From assembly GCA_963799845.1 (NCBI GenBank), contig CAWCYI010000004.1:544001-608000 (forward strand): a stretch of 64,000 bases of DNA. Direction: 5' to 3'. The stretch's first letter is position 1. The number at the start of each line of letters is the position of its first letter. Source of the stretch: an uncultured Nitrososphaerota archaeon. Its GTDB lineage: Archaea > Thermoproteota > Nitrososphaeria > Nitrososphaerales > CADDZS01. A model generated the notes under the pieces. It saw nothing but the letters and a program-made list of their open reading frames with translations. It had not been told where the DNA came from and did not search any database. The position numbers were made by a program, and so were the translations under genes. Of the stretch, positions 19,786-30,128 are shown piece after piece.

Positions 19786-22700
19786 TTACGAGAGTCTCTG
19801 CGCAGCCCGGCTGAGGAGCATCTCCTTGGAAACTCCCAGCGGGTCGAGGACGCTTGCGCAGCAATCAGCCAAGAGCTCGATGTATCGCTTGGAATCGTAA
19901 TCGTTGTAATTTTCATTTGCGAATTCTTGCGGGTACGATCTGTCCATCCCCTTGCTTTCGTATCTCGTAATCACGTAGGAGATTGATTGTCCCGCCTGGA
20001 GCTCCAGGCCTTCGTTTTCAAGTTTCAGAGCCGCGTTGACCTGGAGCTGGCGCTTTGAAGAGTATTCACCGGGCTTTTTTGACAGCTGTCTCGTGATCAT
20101 GAGGTCGAATGGGGAGATCCTGTGGTCCTCCAGATTTTTTGCGTAGTTTTCAAAAATTTGAACGCCCGATGTACTCGCACATTCTCTCAGCTCCTGCTCG
20201 TTGTTGCAGAGTTCGAGTTTTGTCAGTATCTCTCCCTGGCATTTTTTGAAGTACGCCGGCGTATCGTGTCGTCTGTGTTCGATTCCCCGCACTTTCAGCT
20301 GATTTCCTTCGAAACACCCGAAGTATCTGTTCGTGATGCTTCTCGTCCTCGGATGAACTTTGCTGGGCAAAAACACGATCCACTTGTAGATGCCCTCCAG
20401 CGAAGCGTCGAATCCGGTACTTGCTTTGATTTCTCTGCAGAGCTGTTCGTAGTCATCTCTTGTTGCATTTTTCTTGTAGAGCCAGAGCGAGTCCACTATG
20501 CCGTGCATGACCCGGAAATTGAATGACTCTGCTGTCTGCATAGCTTTGACGAGAGTCTCCCTTGCAAGAGTGCAGACTGCGATGTGCGAATCGATCTTTC
20601 CGAATTTTGCGTTCCGGTATGAAAGATACCCGAAGCAATTGTGTGTGAAGACTGCTCCTTCTCCTGTAAAGAATCCAGGGATTTCGTTATTGGCAAGCTG
20701 AAAACAATAAACGTAATCGTCGGTTCTATCCAGTTCCTCGATTTTTCTTATTCTGGCAAATCCGAGAATCGCTCTGAAACATTCGTTTCACATTTTCAAA
20801 TGAAACTTCTGATTCTACTCTTAGTTTCTTTGCGGCGATCCTCTCGATCGTTATAGCTGTTCTGTATGGACAAGCCGTATCTCTTTGATCCATTCGGGGT
20901 GTCCTTATGGTACGTGCTTCCCTTGCCAGTAATACTAAGTTAGATTCTTCTGCAGGAAACATTTGGTATACAGGATGGCTGCAATTCAAGTTTCCATTTT
21001 GGTCACACGAATTTTCCAATGCAGGTTCCAAGATAGCGCGATGCGCTACTTTCAAGTACTTCCATTCAGAGATCTCTCTAAGAGTTTCAGGCCCGACAAA
21101 ATTTATGGTGTATAACGCGTTAATTGGCGGTTTAGAATGTGAAGCTATTCTGAAACCCAAACTCAGTGTAGCTGCGAGATAGCCAATTTGGTTCACGAAG
21201 TCTTTTGACGCTGTGGCAATGCTGGCAAAATTTCTGGCTTTATTCATACTCCCGTCGCCTGCCAGCATTCCTTCCAAGAAACCGCGCGCTACGATTTTGT
21301 CAGAATCAAATATTATCTGAGGGACGTTGAGCTTTCCTTTTTCAGAAGTATGGGGAATCTTGAGTACTCTTTCAATAAATTTGACAAGTGCCAAGTTGTT
21401 TATCTGAAGTACGTACATGTTCACATCTGTCTCCTTGTAAATCCGGGGTGATACTTGGAAGATTGACTCTGATATCTTTCGAGCGTTTTCAAGGAGATCA
21501 GGTTCGAAGTAGCCTATGTCCAGCCGAATGTAGGTGTTAGTTGTGCTCCCATCAGAGACGTAAAGACCGAGAAAGAAACCGAGCTCTTCGTTTATCGGTA
21601 TAACGGCAGGTATCCAGCTAGTTCTTCCGCGCTTTCCCTTTACTCTTCCAATTCCTACCCGCAGGGTGTTACGTAATTCAAAAGGAATGTTGAGAAGATG
21701 GAAGAACAGGAGTGGAATTGTTCCTGTCTTAATCCATACGCGAATAGCTTGACTACTGTATCCTGCCTTCATTGATTCTTTCAGTACGGCGTCTCTATTC
21801 TCCAGTATCTTCTCCGATAAGATTGAACCAGTTACTCTCCAGCGACCCGATTCAAAGTCCATCGACTTGACTAGGGCGTAAATCACATCGATGAACTTCT
21901 CGCTATTTTGCGACGATGGTAGTTTTTTTGCTACTGGAATGAAATTCCCTTTTTCGAGTTCTGAAGCTTGTTTGATCTCCAGATTTCCGTTTTTCAGCAA
22001 ATAAAATGGGTGATTGGGAGTTGCCACAACGCTTCTTCCATCGTCCATAGTGATTTGGAGCAACTTTTGTCGGTTCGGTACCTTGAGCAGTTTCTCGATT
22101 CTGCAAAATTTTGATTTGAAATTGTTTCCAATGCTGGCGACAGATATGTCTGAGGGACAATCAATGATGCCTTCCTTCTCCCCAGCTAAACTGTCAATAA
22201 AATTACCAATTTTTGCAAGTTGCACCAGTCCGTTTTTCTTGATTAAAACTGTTGATTCTTTGGCGAGACAGCAGACCAAAATCCACTTCAACGAGGCCGA
22301 TCTTTCACTGTAGATATTCCTCAGTGTATCATCGGTCTCGAGACTTCTGAGTCTCTTGTACTCCTTTCTTTTGTCCAGTGGGAGCACCAGGCTCCTCGCG
22401 ATTATGCCTTCTCTCTCGCAGATGTGCATCCCGAGCTCTTCCACCCAGTGTTTTCTCGAATCAGGACAGCACTCGCAGTTGATGGTCTCGGCGCTAATGT
22501 TGTATTTTCTGATTATGGAAGGGTACAGGGAGGCAAAATCGATCTCGCCGATGTGTTCGTATACGCCGCTCTTCTGCGGCTTGAACACCATCCCGCCCCG
22601 GTCTGCAACGAAGAGATCATACCCATTTTTCCCGTCTTCGACGATTTCTGGCTTCCACGGGACCAAAAGGTCTTGCTTTGTCGCGTAGTAAAACTGCAGG

Positions 22701-23705
22701 CTACTGAGGCACTTTCCGATGCTCGCCCGCATGGAAGTGTGGAGCGGAATCCGGCACAGGCGGGAAACTTCGAACAGACCCTGGAGCCGGCACTGGTCGT
22801 AGATGAACGTGTTTTCTTCATCCAGGTGCAGCCGGCCGAACAGCCGGTGGGTCGCCGGTCTGTACATGATTTTGCCGTAGGAGAAGTAAGTCTTTCCAGA
22901 ACTCTTCGGCACGTAATTGTCGATTGAATCGTCCCTGTTCAGGTTTCGAAGGTCGTCCAATCCATAACTTCTTGCTCTCGAATACAGGAACGGGAGAACG
23001 AACGAGTCTCCTCCGACGGTCAGCACGAGATCGGGATCGTAGCGCGCTAGTTCGCGGGCCGCGTCGACTATCATCTGTGATTCAGCGCTTTCAAATTCGA
23101 TTTTTTTCTCCGGTGAATCGTCGGGAAAAGTTGTGAGCGAGATCGCCTTGAGCCTTGAATCCATCCTCGGGACTCGATCGGAGACTTTTATCTCCAGCCT
23201 GAGAGTCTTGAGTTTTGGCGTCCCGTCAGCTGTAGCTCGTAACGCTGTCCAGGAGGAACCATTCCCTGATCGATCCATCCGGGCCGACATCCGCATCGAT
23301 CCGCGCCAGCGGAAAGAGATCTTTTTCGTAAAAATACAGCTGCTCCGGAAGAAAATCGACGTTGTACAGCTGCAGCATGTCCGGGTGGCGAAATATCTTC
23401 GAAAGAAATGTTGCGAGTTTTTTCCCGCTTCCAGCCTGTTTCAGTTCTAGCTCGAGTACTTCGGCCTTCTTCCTGCTGAACGGATCTATCCGCTTGTATT
23501 TCCTTCGCGTGAGCGAGACTAGATCGGAAGACTCGCCTGCCGAGCTCAGGTAATCGAGGTCGTTTGCGCCGGCGGCTGCGTAGATTCTCGCGCGCCACTC
23601 CCTGTCCTCAAATTTTACTGCCTCTCCATCGTTTTTCTGCACCCAAAAAGTCATGCCTCCCGCCTTGGAAGGATAGCAGTCGAGCAGATAGCCCTGGAGC
23701 AGCAA
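19786..23705 (-). CDS. polB2: Family B DNA polymerase, PolB2 (Dpo2) group, intein-containing; split by two 1-nt frameshifts
   Basis: Motif A EIDFASLYPSII, motif B KWILVC/CFGY, PolB2-type motif C HGIVDSLW, RGIE.RR.DTP; ORFs 23226-23705, 20726-23296 and 19786-20541 join into about 1305 aa. Confidence 0.9.
20638..22270 (-). mobile_element. LAGLIDADG homing-endonuclease intein (~544 aa) in PolB2 motif B
   Basis: N-end CLAKES, block B ATPNHPF, FFLGLYVSDG and FLEGMLAGDG, block F YVYCFQ, C-end FTHN/C; visibly AT-richer than exteins. Confidence 0.92.
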
Positions 23706-23714
23706 GTGAGGAAA

Positions 23715-23999
23715 TCACGCGCCGCGCAAAAACTCGCTTTTCTTTTGATCCAGGAGATCTATCGTCTTCTGCTGCGAGATGAGAAGGCTGAGTAGAAAGG
23801 CTTCCGTTTCGTAACCTTCCTTGCAGTTCTCTACGGCGTCTTTGAAAGTCCAGATTTTTTCCAGCATCCGTCTCAGGAGCTGCCGATCTTCAGACCTCAA
23901 AGCTTCTGCAAAAGATCTCCAAGAATCTGCTTCATCCACGAGTTTTGCTTTCTTGTCTTCGTCCGGTGTTTCATCGTTTTTCTTCAAATGTTTCTCCAC
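23715..23999 (-). CDS. Small PolB2-operon helical protein (arCOG07300-like paralog)
   Basis: W.SF.EALR.EDR.L..M ... FLLSLL.Q pattern; lies between the RadA-like gene and polB2. Confidence 0.65.
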   Translation of the reverse strand: MEKHLKKNDETPDEDKKAKLVDEADSWRSFAEALRSEDRQLLRRMLEKIWTFKDAVENCKEGYETEAFLLSLLISQQKTIDLLDQKKSEFLRGA

Positions 24000-24695
24000 T
24001 CAAATTTCAGACTCTGCAAACTGCTTCGAGTAGTGCTTTGCCAGCGTTGCTCTCTGCCCAGATGGCGAATGAAGTTCGATGGCTGTATCGCACTTGGAAA
24101 AAAGTGATCCGACCCTTTCCTTTGAAGAGGCTACGACGAACATGCCGTTTTTTTTCTTGCCTGAGGCAATCCTGGCCAGGTCCTGCGCGATCAGAAGCTG
24201 CAGTACCTCGGTTTCGTCCGCGGTGTTGTCCTCCTCGTTGAACATGCTGTCTATGCCGGTGACGAAAACCGATCTGACCGGTTCCCCGGTTTTGGAAATT
24301 TCTTTTCCGAGCTTGTCTGAAACGAGCTTTCGAAGCTGGTAGCAGGTGAAGGCTCGAAATATCGTGATGCGTTCGCAAAACTTTCTTGCGGACGCTTCGC
24401 TCTTGATCGGCGCGCACTTTTCCACGATCAGGTACGGATCAAAAGAGTTTGCCGCATCGATGAAGATCGCCTGCTCACCGAATATTCGGATCGAATTTCC
24501 GCAGAGTATGTTCATCAACAGATCAGCATTCTTGCCGTACAAAAATGTCAGAGTGTTCGGAGCGAGCCCTCCGGAAAGGAGCGCGTCGATTTTGTTCCCA
24601 AAGACGAGCCCCCTCATCTGCGAAGCTTTTTTCACGAAGCGCATTGCACCGAGAAGGTCGTCGTCGTGTTTTTTCTCCTGCTGATACTCTAGCAA
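24000..24695 (-). CDS. Inactivated RadA/RecA-like protein of the PolB2 cassette
   Basis: IDALL.GGL....T.LYG with eroded Walker A, FIDAANSFDPY, I.IFRAFT.YQL. Confidence 0.85.
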   Translation of the reverse strand: MLEYQQEKKHDDDLLGAMRFVKKASQMRGLVFGNKIDALLSGGLAPNTLTFLYGKNADLLMNILCGNSIRIFGEQAIFIDAANSFDPYLIVEKCAPIKSEASARKFCERITIFRAFTCYQLRKLVSDKLGKEISKTGEPVRSVFVTGIDSMFNEEDNTADETEVLQLLIAQDLARIASGKKKNGMFVVASSKERVGSLFSKCDTAIELHSPSGQRATLAKHYSKQFAESEI

Positions 24696-24708
24696 CTCGC
24701 CTTCCTCC

Positions 24709-24954
24709 TCAAAGAACCGTCTGGAGTAAAGACTCGAGCTGCGCTTCTCTCTCTAAAATAACCGCAAGCATCACGGAGCGCATGGGAACAAGTTTTACCG
24801 CGGCAGAACAGGCTTGGGAATTCTTGTCGCAAAACTGCAACATTTCCAGTAACAGCAATTTTTCCCTTTTGGGCAATTTTTTCCCGAAGGTCTGCATCAT
24901 TCGGGTGATCTCCTGCGAAATCACCATCTGAAATGCCGGAATCGTCCTGCCCAA
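24709..24954 (-). CDS. Small PolB2-operon protein (MGRTxP family, arCOG07300-like)
   Basis: MGRTIPAF...ACSAAV.LVP...V.L signature; first gene of the cassette. Confidence 0.75.
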   Translation of the reverse strand: MGRTIPAFQMVISQEITRMMQTFGKKLPKREKLLLLEMLQFCDKNSQACSAAVKLVPMRSVMLAVILEREAQLESLLQTVL

Positions 24955-24957
24955 GAT

Positions 24958-24992
24958 ATTTACAGTATAATTACAGTAATTTTACTATAGTT
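24958..24992 (-). promoter_or_regulatory. 11-bp-period direct repeats overlapping the PolB2 cassette promoter
   Basis: TTACAGTATAA TTACAGTAATT TTACTATAGTT on + strand immediately upstream of the TTG start at 24954. Confidence 0.55.
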
Positions 24993-25020
24993 TTAAGCAT
25001 TTGTGGGTAGTCTCTTCATA

Positions 25021-25171
25021 TACGAGTTCCCATTGATTCATTAAGAAAAAAATTTTCTGCGTTTCACACACGTGAGTACTTTTTGGCCGAAGAGCTACGT
25101 TCGAGCGCTGTTAGCTCAGAAGAGCTTGAAACGAGCTGAACGGAGCTCAGAGAGCTCGAAACGCCGAGTTC
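25021..25171 (+). repeat. AGCT-rich dispersed intergenic repeat, copy B (short form)
   Basis: AGCT at 25093, 25113, 25123, 25134, 25144, 25153; 19-nt end identical (reverse complement) to 50135-50153; 20-nt other end identical (reverse complement) to 31111-31130. Confidence 0.9.
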
Positions 25172-25215
25172 AATTCTTGGAGGTCAGCCGGTAGCTGTCC
25201 CGAAATCACGGCCGG

Positions 25216-25971
25216 TCAGCTTTCAGCGTCGTCCCGCGGATCGTATCCGATGACCTCTTTCGCGTGCGAGATGTCCCAGAAACGCCACTTGTTCTTTGAG
25301 ACGCCGTAGAAGACGTCGTATCTTACCTCGGTTTCAAGTGATTTTTCAACGAGTTGGACGAGATCGCGATGAGACAGCCACGTCGCAAAGAAGCGAACCT
25401 CCTCCGGTCTGGGCCGCTCGTAGGGGCGAACTGTTCCAATCCGAAGGCATATCACGGAGACTCCGTATTCACCCGAGTAATACTGCCCGAGCCCCTCCCC
25501 GAAAAGTTTGCTCGCGCCGTAGAAGCTGTCGGCTCTGGCGGGGGATAGATGCGACACCATTGAGATTTTGGAAGTATTGATTCCGCGAAACTCTCCCTTG
25601 ACTATGGAGGAGATCGGCCAGTCCTTCTCGTATAGTCCAGTGACATGGTTTGAACTCGCAAAAATTATTTTCCCGATCCCGTGCTTGCGCGAGGCCTCGA
25701 AAACGTTGTAAGTTCCCAAGATATTTTTCGAGTACACAGAGTCCCAATCAGCCTCGAGCGAGGAGTTGGCGGCGAGATGGATGACGGCATCCTTGCCCTC
25801 GAAGAGATGTTCGATATCATCCAGTTTCGTGATATCTCCCTTCACGCACTCTTTCCCGTCTGTTTCAACGTCGAGGCAGGCAAGTTCGTACCTGTCATTC
25901 AGAGCGGGCTTGAGGATTGTGCCGATTACTCCACAGCCACCGGTTATCAGCAATCGTTTCCTTGTGCTCAT
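25216..25971 (-). CDS. NAD-dependent epimerase/dehydrogenase (uronate dehydrogenase-like)
   Basis: ITGG.G.IG, FASSNH, YGASK.FGE, CLRIG, ATWLSHRD, YGVS.N. Confidence 0.88.
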   Translation of the reverse strand: MSTRKRLLITGGCGVIGTILKPALNDRYELACLDVETDGKECVKGDITKLDDIEHLFEGKDAVIHLAANSSLEADWDSVYSKNILGTYNVFEASRKHGIGKIIFASSNHVTGLYEKDWPISSIVKGEFRGINTSKISMVSHLSPARADSFYGASKLFGEGLGQYYSGEYGVSVICLRIGTVRPYERPRPEEVRFFATWLSHRDLVQLVEKSLETEVRYDVFYGVSKNKWRFWDISHAKEVIGYDPRDDAES

Positions 25972-26183
25972 ATTCGCAAGTTCTCCAACCTACAGTCGAG
26001 GAACCTCCTTTTTCAATCTGTTTTCATAAGCAGGCTTGACTGTCCAATCTGTTACGCTATCAAGAATCCCACAGTGGGTTTTGCTAAAAAAAAGTCAGCT
26101 ATGATCCATGTAACTTCGGGTGGTTTACTTTCGTTTTGATAATGCATAGTCCGAGTTCAGGAAAAATTCAACTCGCCATCGAG

Positions 26184-27399
26184 TTACTTGAGGGAATCGA
26201 GAGAAAGAAGAAAAGCACCCGCGATCCCAATCAGTGCAATAGAGGCGAGGGCCCCGAATCCAAGCGAGAAGCTGCCGGTTCTGTCCAGAATTATCCCAAA
26301 AAGAACAGGCGACACGATTGAGCCGACGTTACTGAGAGTGTTGAACACTCCGAAAGTCATCCCGGCTGCGGAAACTCCCTGTCTGGAGGCATAAGGTATT
26401 AGAGAAAAATCTGTCGCAAAATATAGGTTTGCCCCAAAACCGATCCCAAAAATCAATACAATCGTTGAGCCGAGCGATCTTGAAATCCCGAAGAGTAAAG
26501 TAAACAGAAAAAGAAGTACCATTGAAACACCGATGGTTTTTCTGCTCCCGAGTCGGCGGTCGGAAATGCCGCCGCAATACGACCCTATGATCGTTGCGAC
26601 GCCTATCAGTGCCACGATCCCGCCGGCGGTCGAGTTTGAGACCCTGAAGGTTGAGATGAGATAGTCGGACGCCCATGCGAATGACCCAAACGTCACTGCC
26701 ACGGATGCAAAGTTGGGAAGCATCAGCGCAAACATGTTTCTGGTGAAAAGACCCCTTAACCACACCTTCTGTCTCGCGAGGGTTCCGGAGATAGTGCTTG
26801 TCGTCCAGATTGCCGGAAATATCAGCAGGATTGCTGTAACGATCGAGTATAAAGTCGTGGCCAGTAGTGGAGGCTTCCAGTCGATTCCGGAAATCAGGAG
26901 CGGAAGAAGCGATGATGCGACTAGCCTGTCCCGCCCCGTTTGCAGATCCGAAAAGACCCATCGCCTTTCCGAGCTCATTTCTAGGGAACCACTGGGATAG
27001 GAGCCGCACCATGGAGGGAAAGACTACGCCCCCGGAAGCTCCTGCAATAAATCGTGATGCGAGTATTGCGTCAAATGAGCCGCCCGTGATAAACGGTCCT
27101 GGTGCAAGCGCCATGACGAACGAGGCCACGAGAAGTGTCCTTGCCGACCCAAACCGATCGGCGAGGTATCCTCCAGGTATCTGCATGGAAGCATAGGGGA
27201 TGAAGTAGAATGAGGTCACAAGACCGGTCTGCGCGTTTGAGAGAACAAATTGGTCCGTGACAAGTTTTGAGATCGAAGGAAAGTCGAGGTTGGAAAGCAC
27301 GAAGGAGACTGTAGCTGCAACCACGATGACGAGGACAAAATATCTCCGTTCGAGCGGTGCGTTGTGCCCCATGAGCGAATTCTCGCGATCTTGGGTCAC
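26184..27399 (-). CDS. MFS transporter (~404 aa), one 1-nt frameshift near 26925
   Basis: G.LADRFG.AR and WFP..E.G.A.G in ORF 26329-27399, continuing in ORF 26184-26978 (G.ISDRRLG.RK). Confidence 0.85.
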
Positions 27400-27477
27400 C
27401 GATTATCTTAGTCTAGAAAAGCAATTCTGTACAAGTCTGGACTTCTTGGCACGATACTGCTCTAAAAAAACCTATTC

Positions 27478-27572
27478 GGAATGAAAAACGTCCCTCCGGG
27501 GTGCGGGTCAAGCCCACGGCTTTCCTTCCTTAAACGGATAGTCAAGCTCTGCCCCGGAAAGAACGTCATTCC
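27478..27572. other. Long imperfect inverted repeat, candidate structured RNA
   Basis: GGAATGA..CGTCCCTCCGGGG ... CCCCGGAAAGAACG-TCATTCC; mismatches become G-U pairs on the minus strand. Confidence 0.45.
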
Positions 27573-27782
27573 AACTTTCGAGAACCCATTTAGCAGTTGT
27601 GGATTCCCGCCTCGATATCGGAAAGGGGAATAATTTGATGGGCAACCTTCGAGTTTGTGTCGGACTCTTGAAGTATTTGATTCCACAGTCCTACATTACC
27701 TGCTTGTGGCGAACGGAAATAAGAAAAAGAGAAATTCTCTGCAGTCAATCCGTTGGATATTAGAAACTGGCCCAAAGAATGG

Positions 27783-27814
27783 TAAGAAAACTAGGTTCCT
27801 CTCAAGTTTTCTTA
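27783..27814. promoter_or_regulatory. Perfect 10-bp inverted repeat, candidate operator
   Basis: TAAGAAAACT-N12-AGTTTTCTTA upstream of padR. Confidence 0.4.
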
Positions 27815-27969
27815 TGACTACCAGAATTTGACAATCTGTATACAATTTTTAGATAACAGAACCAAATATTTCATGATAAAGTCGAGCAAAATCTCGATCT
27901 CAACTCTGGCCAAATACGCATAATATCGTAATTGGCCTGCACGACGTTTCTACAGAGTATTCATTCCAG

Positions 27970-28410
27970 ATGTCGGAACAAGAAGCACAGGCCTCCGGAA
28001 GAAAGTCGTTTTTGGGATTCAACGATTGGTTAGAACCTGATGGTCCGGTAGACGAACCGCGTAGCGCGTCATCCGAAGAGCCGGTGATAACATTCGTTGA
28101 GCTCGCGATGCTCTCTATACTAGATTCTACTCCAATGACGGGGTACGTTCTCAGGAAGACGCTGCTCACGCAGTTCGGGCTGAAGACGAGCTTTGGCACG
28201 CTTTATCCCCGACTGAAAGCGCTCGAAAAGTCCGAGATAATCAAATATTCCGAGAATGTGGGTCGGCTCGCCACCCGCAAGTCCGGGATAAATTACGAAC
28301 TTACCCCATATGGTAAAAAGATCTTTAATTCGAACTTGAGATTATTTCAAGAGTACTTTAGAAAAATTCAGTCGAATGTCTCCGCTCGATTTCTTAAAAC
28401 GTCACAGTGA
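27970..28410 (+). CDS. PadR family transcriptional regulator
   Basis: LSIL...PMTGY.L, S.GTLYP.L..LE, YELT..GK. Confidence 0.88.
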   Translation: MSEQEAQASGRKSFLGFNDWLEPDGPVDEPRSASSEEPVITFVELAMLSILDSTPMTGYVLRKTLLTQFGLKTSFGTLYPRLKALEKSEIIKYSENVGRLATRKSGINYELTPYGKKIFNSNLRLFQEYFRKIQSNVSARFLKTSQ

Positions 28411-28658
28411 AATCCAGCTCAGTTTGATTTTTAGCGTATCAAATCACGAGCAGCCCCGATTTTTTGAATCCCAAAATTGCCCGAGTTTCGCCAGTTTTGG
28501 ATACCTAATATCCCGCAACCAAAAATCGATACTATCTGCGTTGGATATATACGTGATATATAGCTCACAAATCCATTTACGCGATCAGCATCTCTTAGAT
28601 TTCTAGTCAAGTATTAACCAGAAAACCCTTGCGATCAAAAATAGAGTGAATAAGAATA

Positions 28659-30029
28659 ATGTTTCTAAAAGACAGTAATGGTGCTAGATCTTCGGCGGCT
28701 ATTTCATTTAGCGTCTTGACGCTTTTCATTGTCTCTTCGATCTTTGTGTTGAGTGCCCTTGTGCCTACTACCGCTGCTCTAAATAATACGACGCCAGTCT
28801 TCAATGCTGCGTTTAACCTCAGTAGCGATAAGGGGAATGCAATGTACCCCATGGATGCGAACTCTGGTAGCCACGTCTACGTAGTGTGGACTGAGGGACA
28901 TGGAGGGATAATGTTTCGGTCCAGTTCGGACAACGGATCTACGTGGACTCCACTTTTGACTTCTCCGCCAATGAAGTTGAGCGTCGGTAGCTCATACATG
29001 CAGTATCCGGTGATACAGGCGAATGCGTCCAATGTTTATGTCGCCTGGACTCAAACGGTCGGTGGATTCCAGCAGATATATTTCGTCTCAAGCACTAATT
29101 ACGGCGCAAATTTCAGTACACCAATCGATGTTGATGGAAATACCACCACACAATGCGTCACGCCCGTTATCGGGTCTTGGGGAACTACCGTCTATGTCGC
29201 GATGGCGTGCGGCGGTGGTGGCGGTGTAAAGGGCTTTTCATATGTTGTCGCAAGTACAAAAGCCGGGGCCGCGGGATCATGGACAAAGCCGCTCTTGATA
29301 TCGCCGTTCCATGAGCCACAGCTTTACGCATCCGCCTTCGCGGGAGTTGCAGTTTCCGATCAAGGGATCGTGGTGACACAGGATAATGGTACTACTTGGA
29401 CGCCAGTGGTTATCTCTGGTTGTTGCGGCGGCGAACCGTGGGTGTGGGGATATGGCTCGAACATCTACATTGCCTGGGAAACTAAGGGTAGTATGAGCGA
29501 GACTTACTATGCGTACAGCCACGACAACGGTACCACGTGGACTCCAGAAATTTTGCTCTCGACGACAATCACGGATGCATGGGGACCAAAGATAGCAGCG
29601 TGGGGAAATAACGTGACGATAACCGTGACAGTGCATCCTGCCAGCCATTCAGCCCAGGATTACATCTACGTGTCGCACGACGCGGGCGTCAGCTTTACGG
29701 GTCCGATCGCCGAGAGTGGAACTTCGACAGACATCGGAACCACTCTGAATGTGAATGAGTATGGCAACTACCTGTTTGCGATCTACGGGAGAGAGACGAC
29801 TCCCAGCGGCACCTGGATTACGTATGCGACGTACAGCACCGATGGTGGAACAACCTGGGTTGCCGCGCCGGGAATTAACATCTCGAACAATGCGAACGGA
29901 GAAGCAGCGAATCCCAGTGACATTTCTTCGGGCTGGGTAATGAATTTCGGACCGGCGGCGTTCGCTTGTTGGTCTTACACGCCTTCCGGATCGTCAATTT
30001 CGCAGATATACTTCGCTTCATCTTCCTGA
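28659..30029 (+). CDS. Secreted Asp-box (BNR/sialidase-like) beta-propeller protein
   Basis: Signal peptide; repeated S.DNG.TW / S.D.G..F Asp boxes. Confidence 0.85.
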   Translation: MFLKDSNGARSSAAISFSVLTLFIVSSIFVLSALVPTTAALNNTTPVFNAAFNLSSDKGNAMYPMDANSGSHVYVVWTEGHGGIMFRSSSDNGSTWTPLLTSPPMKLSVGSSYMQYPVIQANASNVYVAWTQTVGGFQQIYFVSSTNYGANFSTPIDVDGNTTTQCVTPVIGSWGTTVYVAMACGGGGGVKGFSYVVASTKAGAAGSWTKPLLISPFHEPQLYASAFAGVAVSDQGIVVTQDNGTTWTPVVISGCCGGEPWVWGYGSNIYIAWETKGSMSETYYAYSHDNGTTWTPEILLSTTITDAWGPKIAAWGNNVTITVTVHPASHSAQDYIYVSHDAGVSFTGPIAESGTSTDIGTTLNVNEYGNYLFAIYGRETTPSGTWITYATYSTDGGTTWVAAPGINISNNANGEAANPSDISSGWVMNFGPAAFACWSYTPSGSSISQIYFASSS

Positions 30030-30128
30030 GAGAGTAGCGAGGAGTCATCCCTCTCCCTTTCTCTGAGGAGCTTTTTTCTGCATAGTTTTCTTATGGTTGA
30101 AAATATCGCGTGATCGTTTCCAACTTTT

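Noticed and set aside
19786-23705. polB2 as a pseudogene, natural split polymerase or split intein (likewise hpaB and the MFS as pseudogenes)
   Set aside because: Single-base fixes restore full-length proteins with intact motifs and no in-frame stops; sequencing error is more parsimonious.
19786-24954. PolB as the marker of a casposon or provirus
   Set aside because: No cas1, integrase, capsid genes or TIRs; motifs and neighbours match cellular PolB2.
27478-27780. RNase P, SRP RNA or tRNA in the long intergenic region
   Set aside because: The conserved P4, SRP helix-8 and T-loop motifs were not found; no rRNA or tRNA was recognised anywhere in the window.
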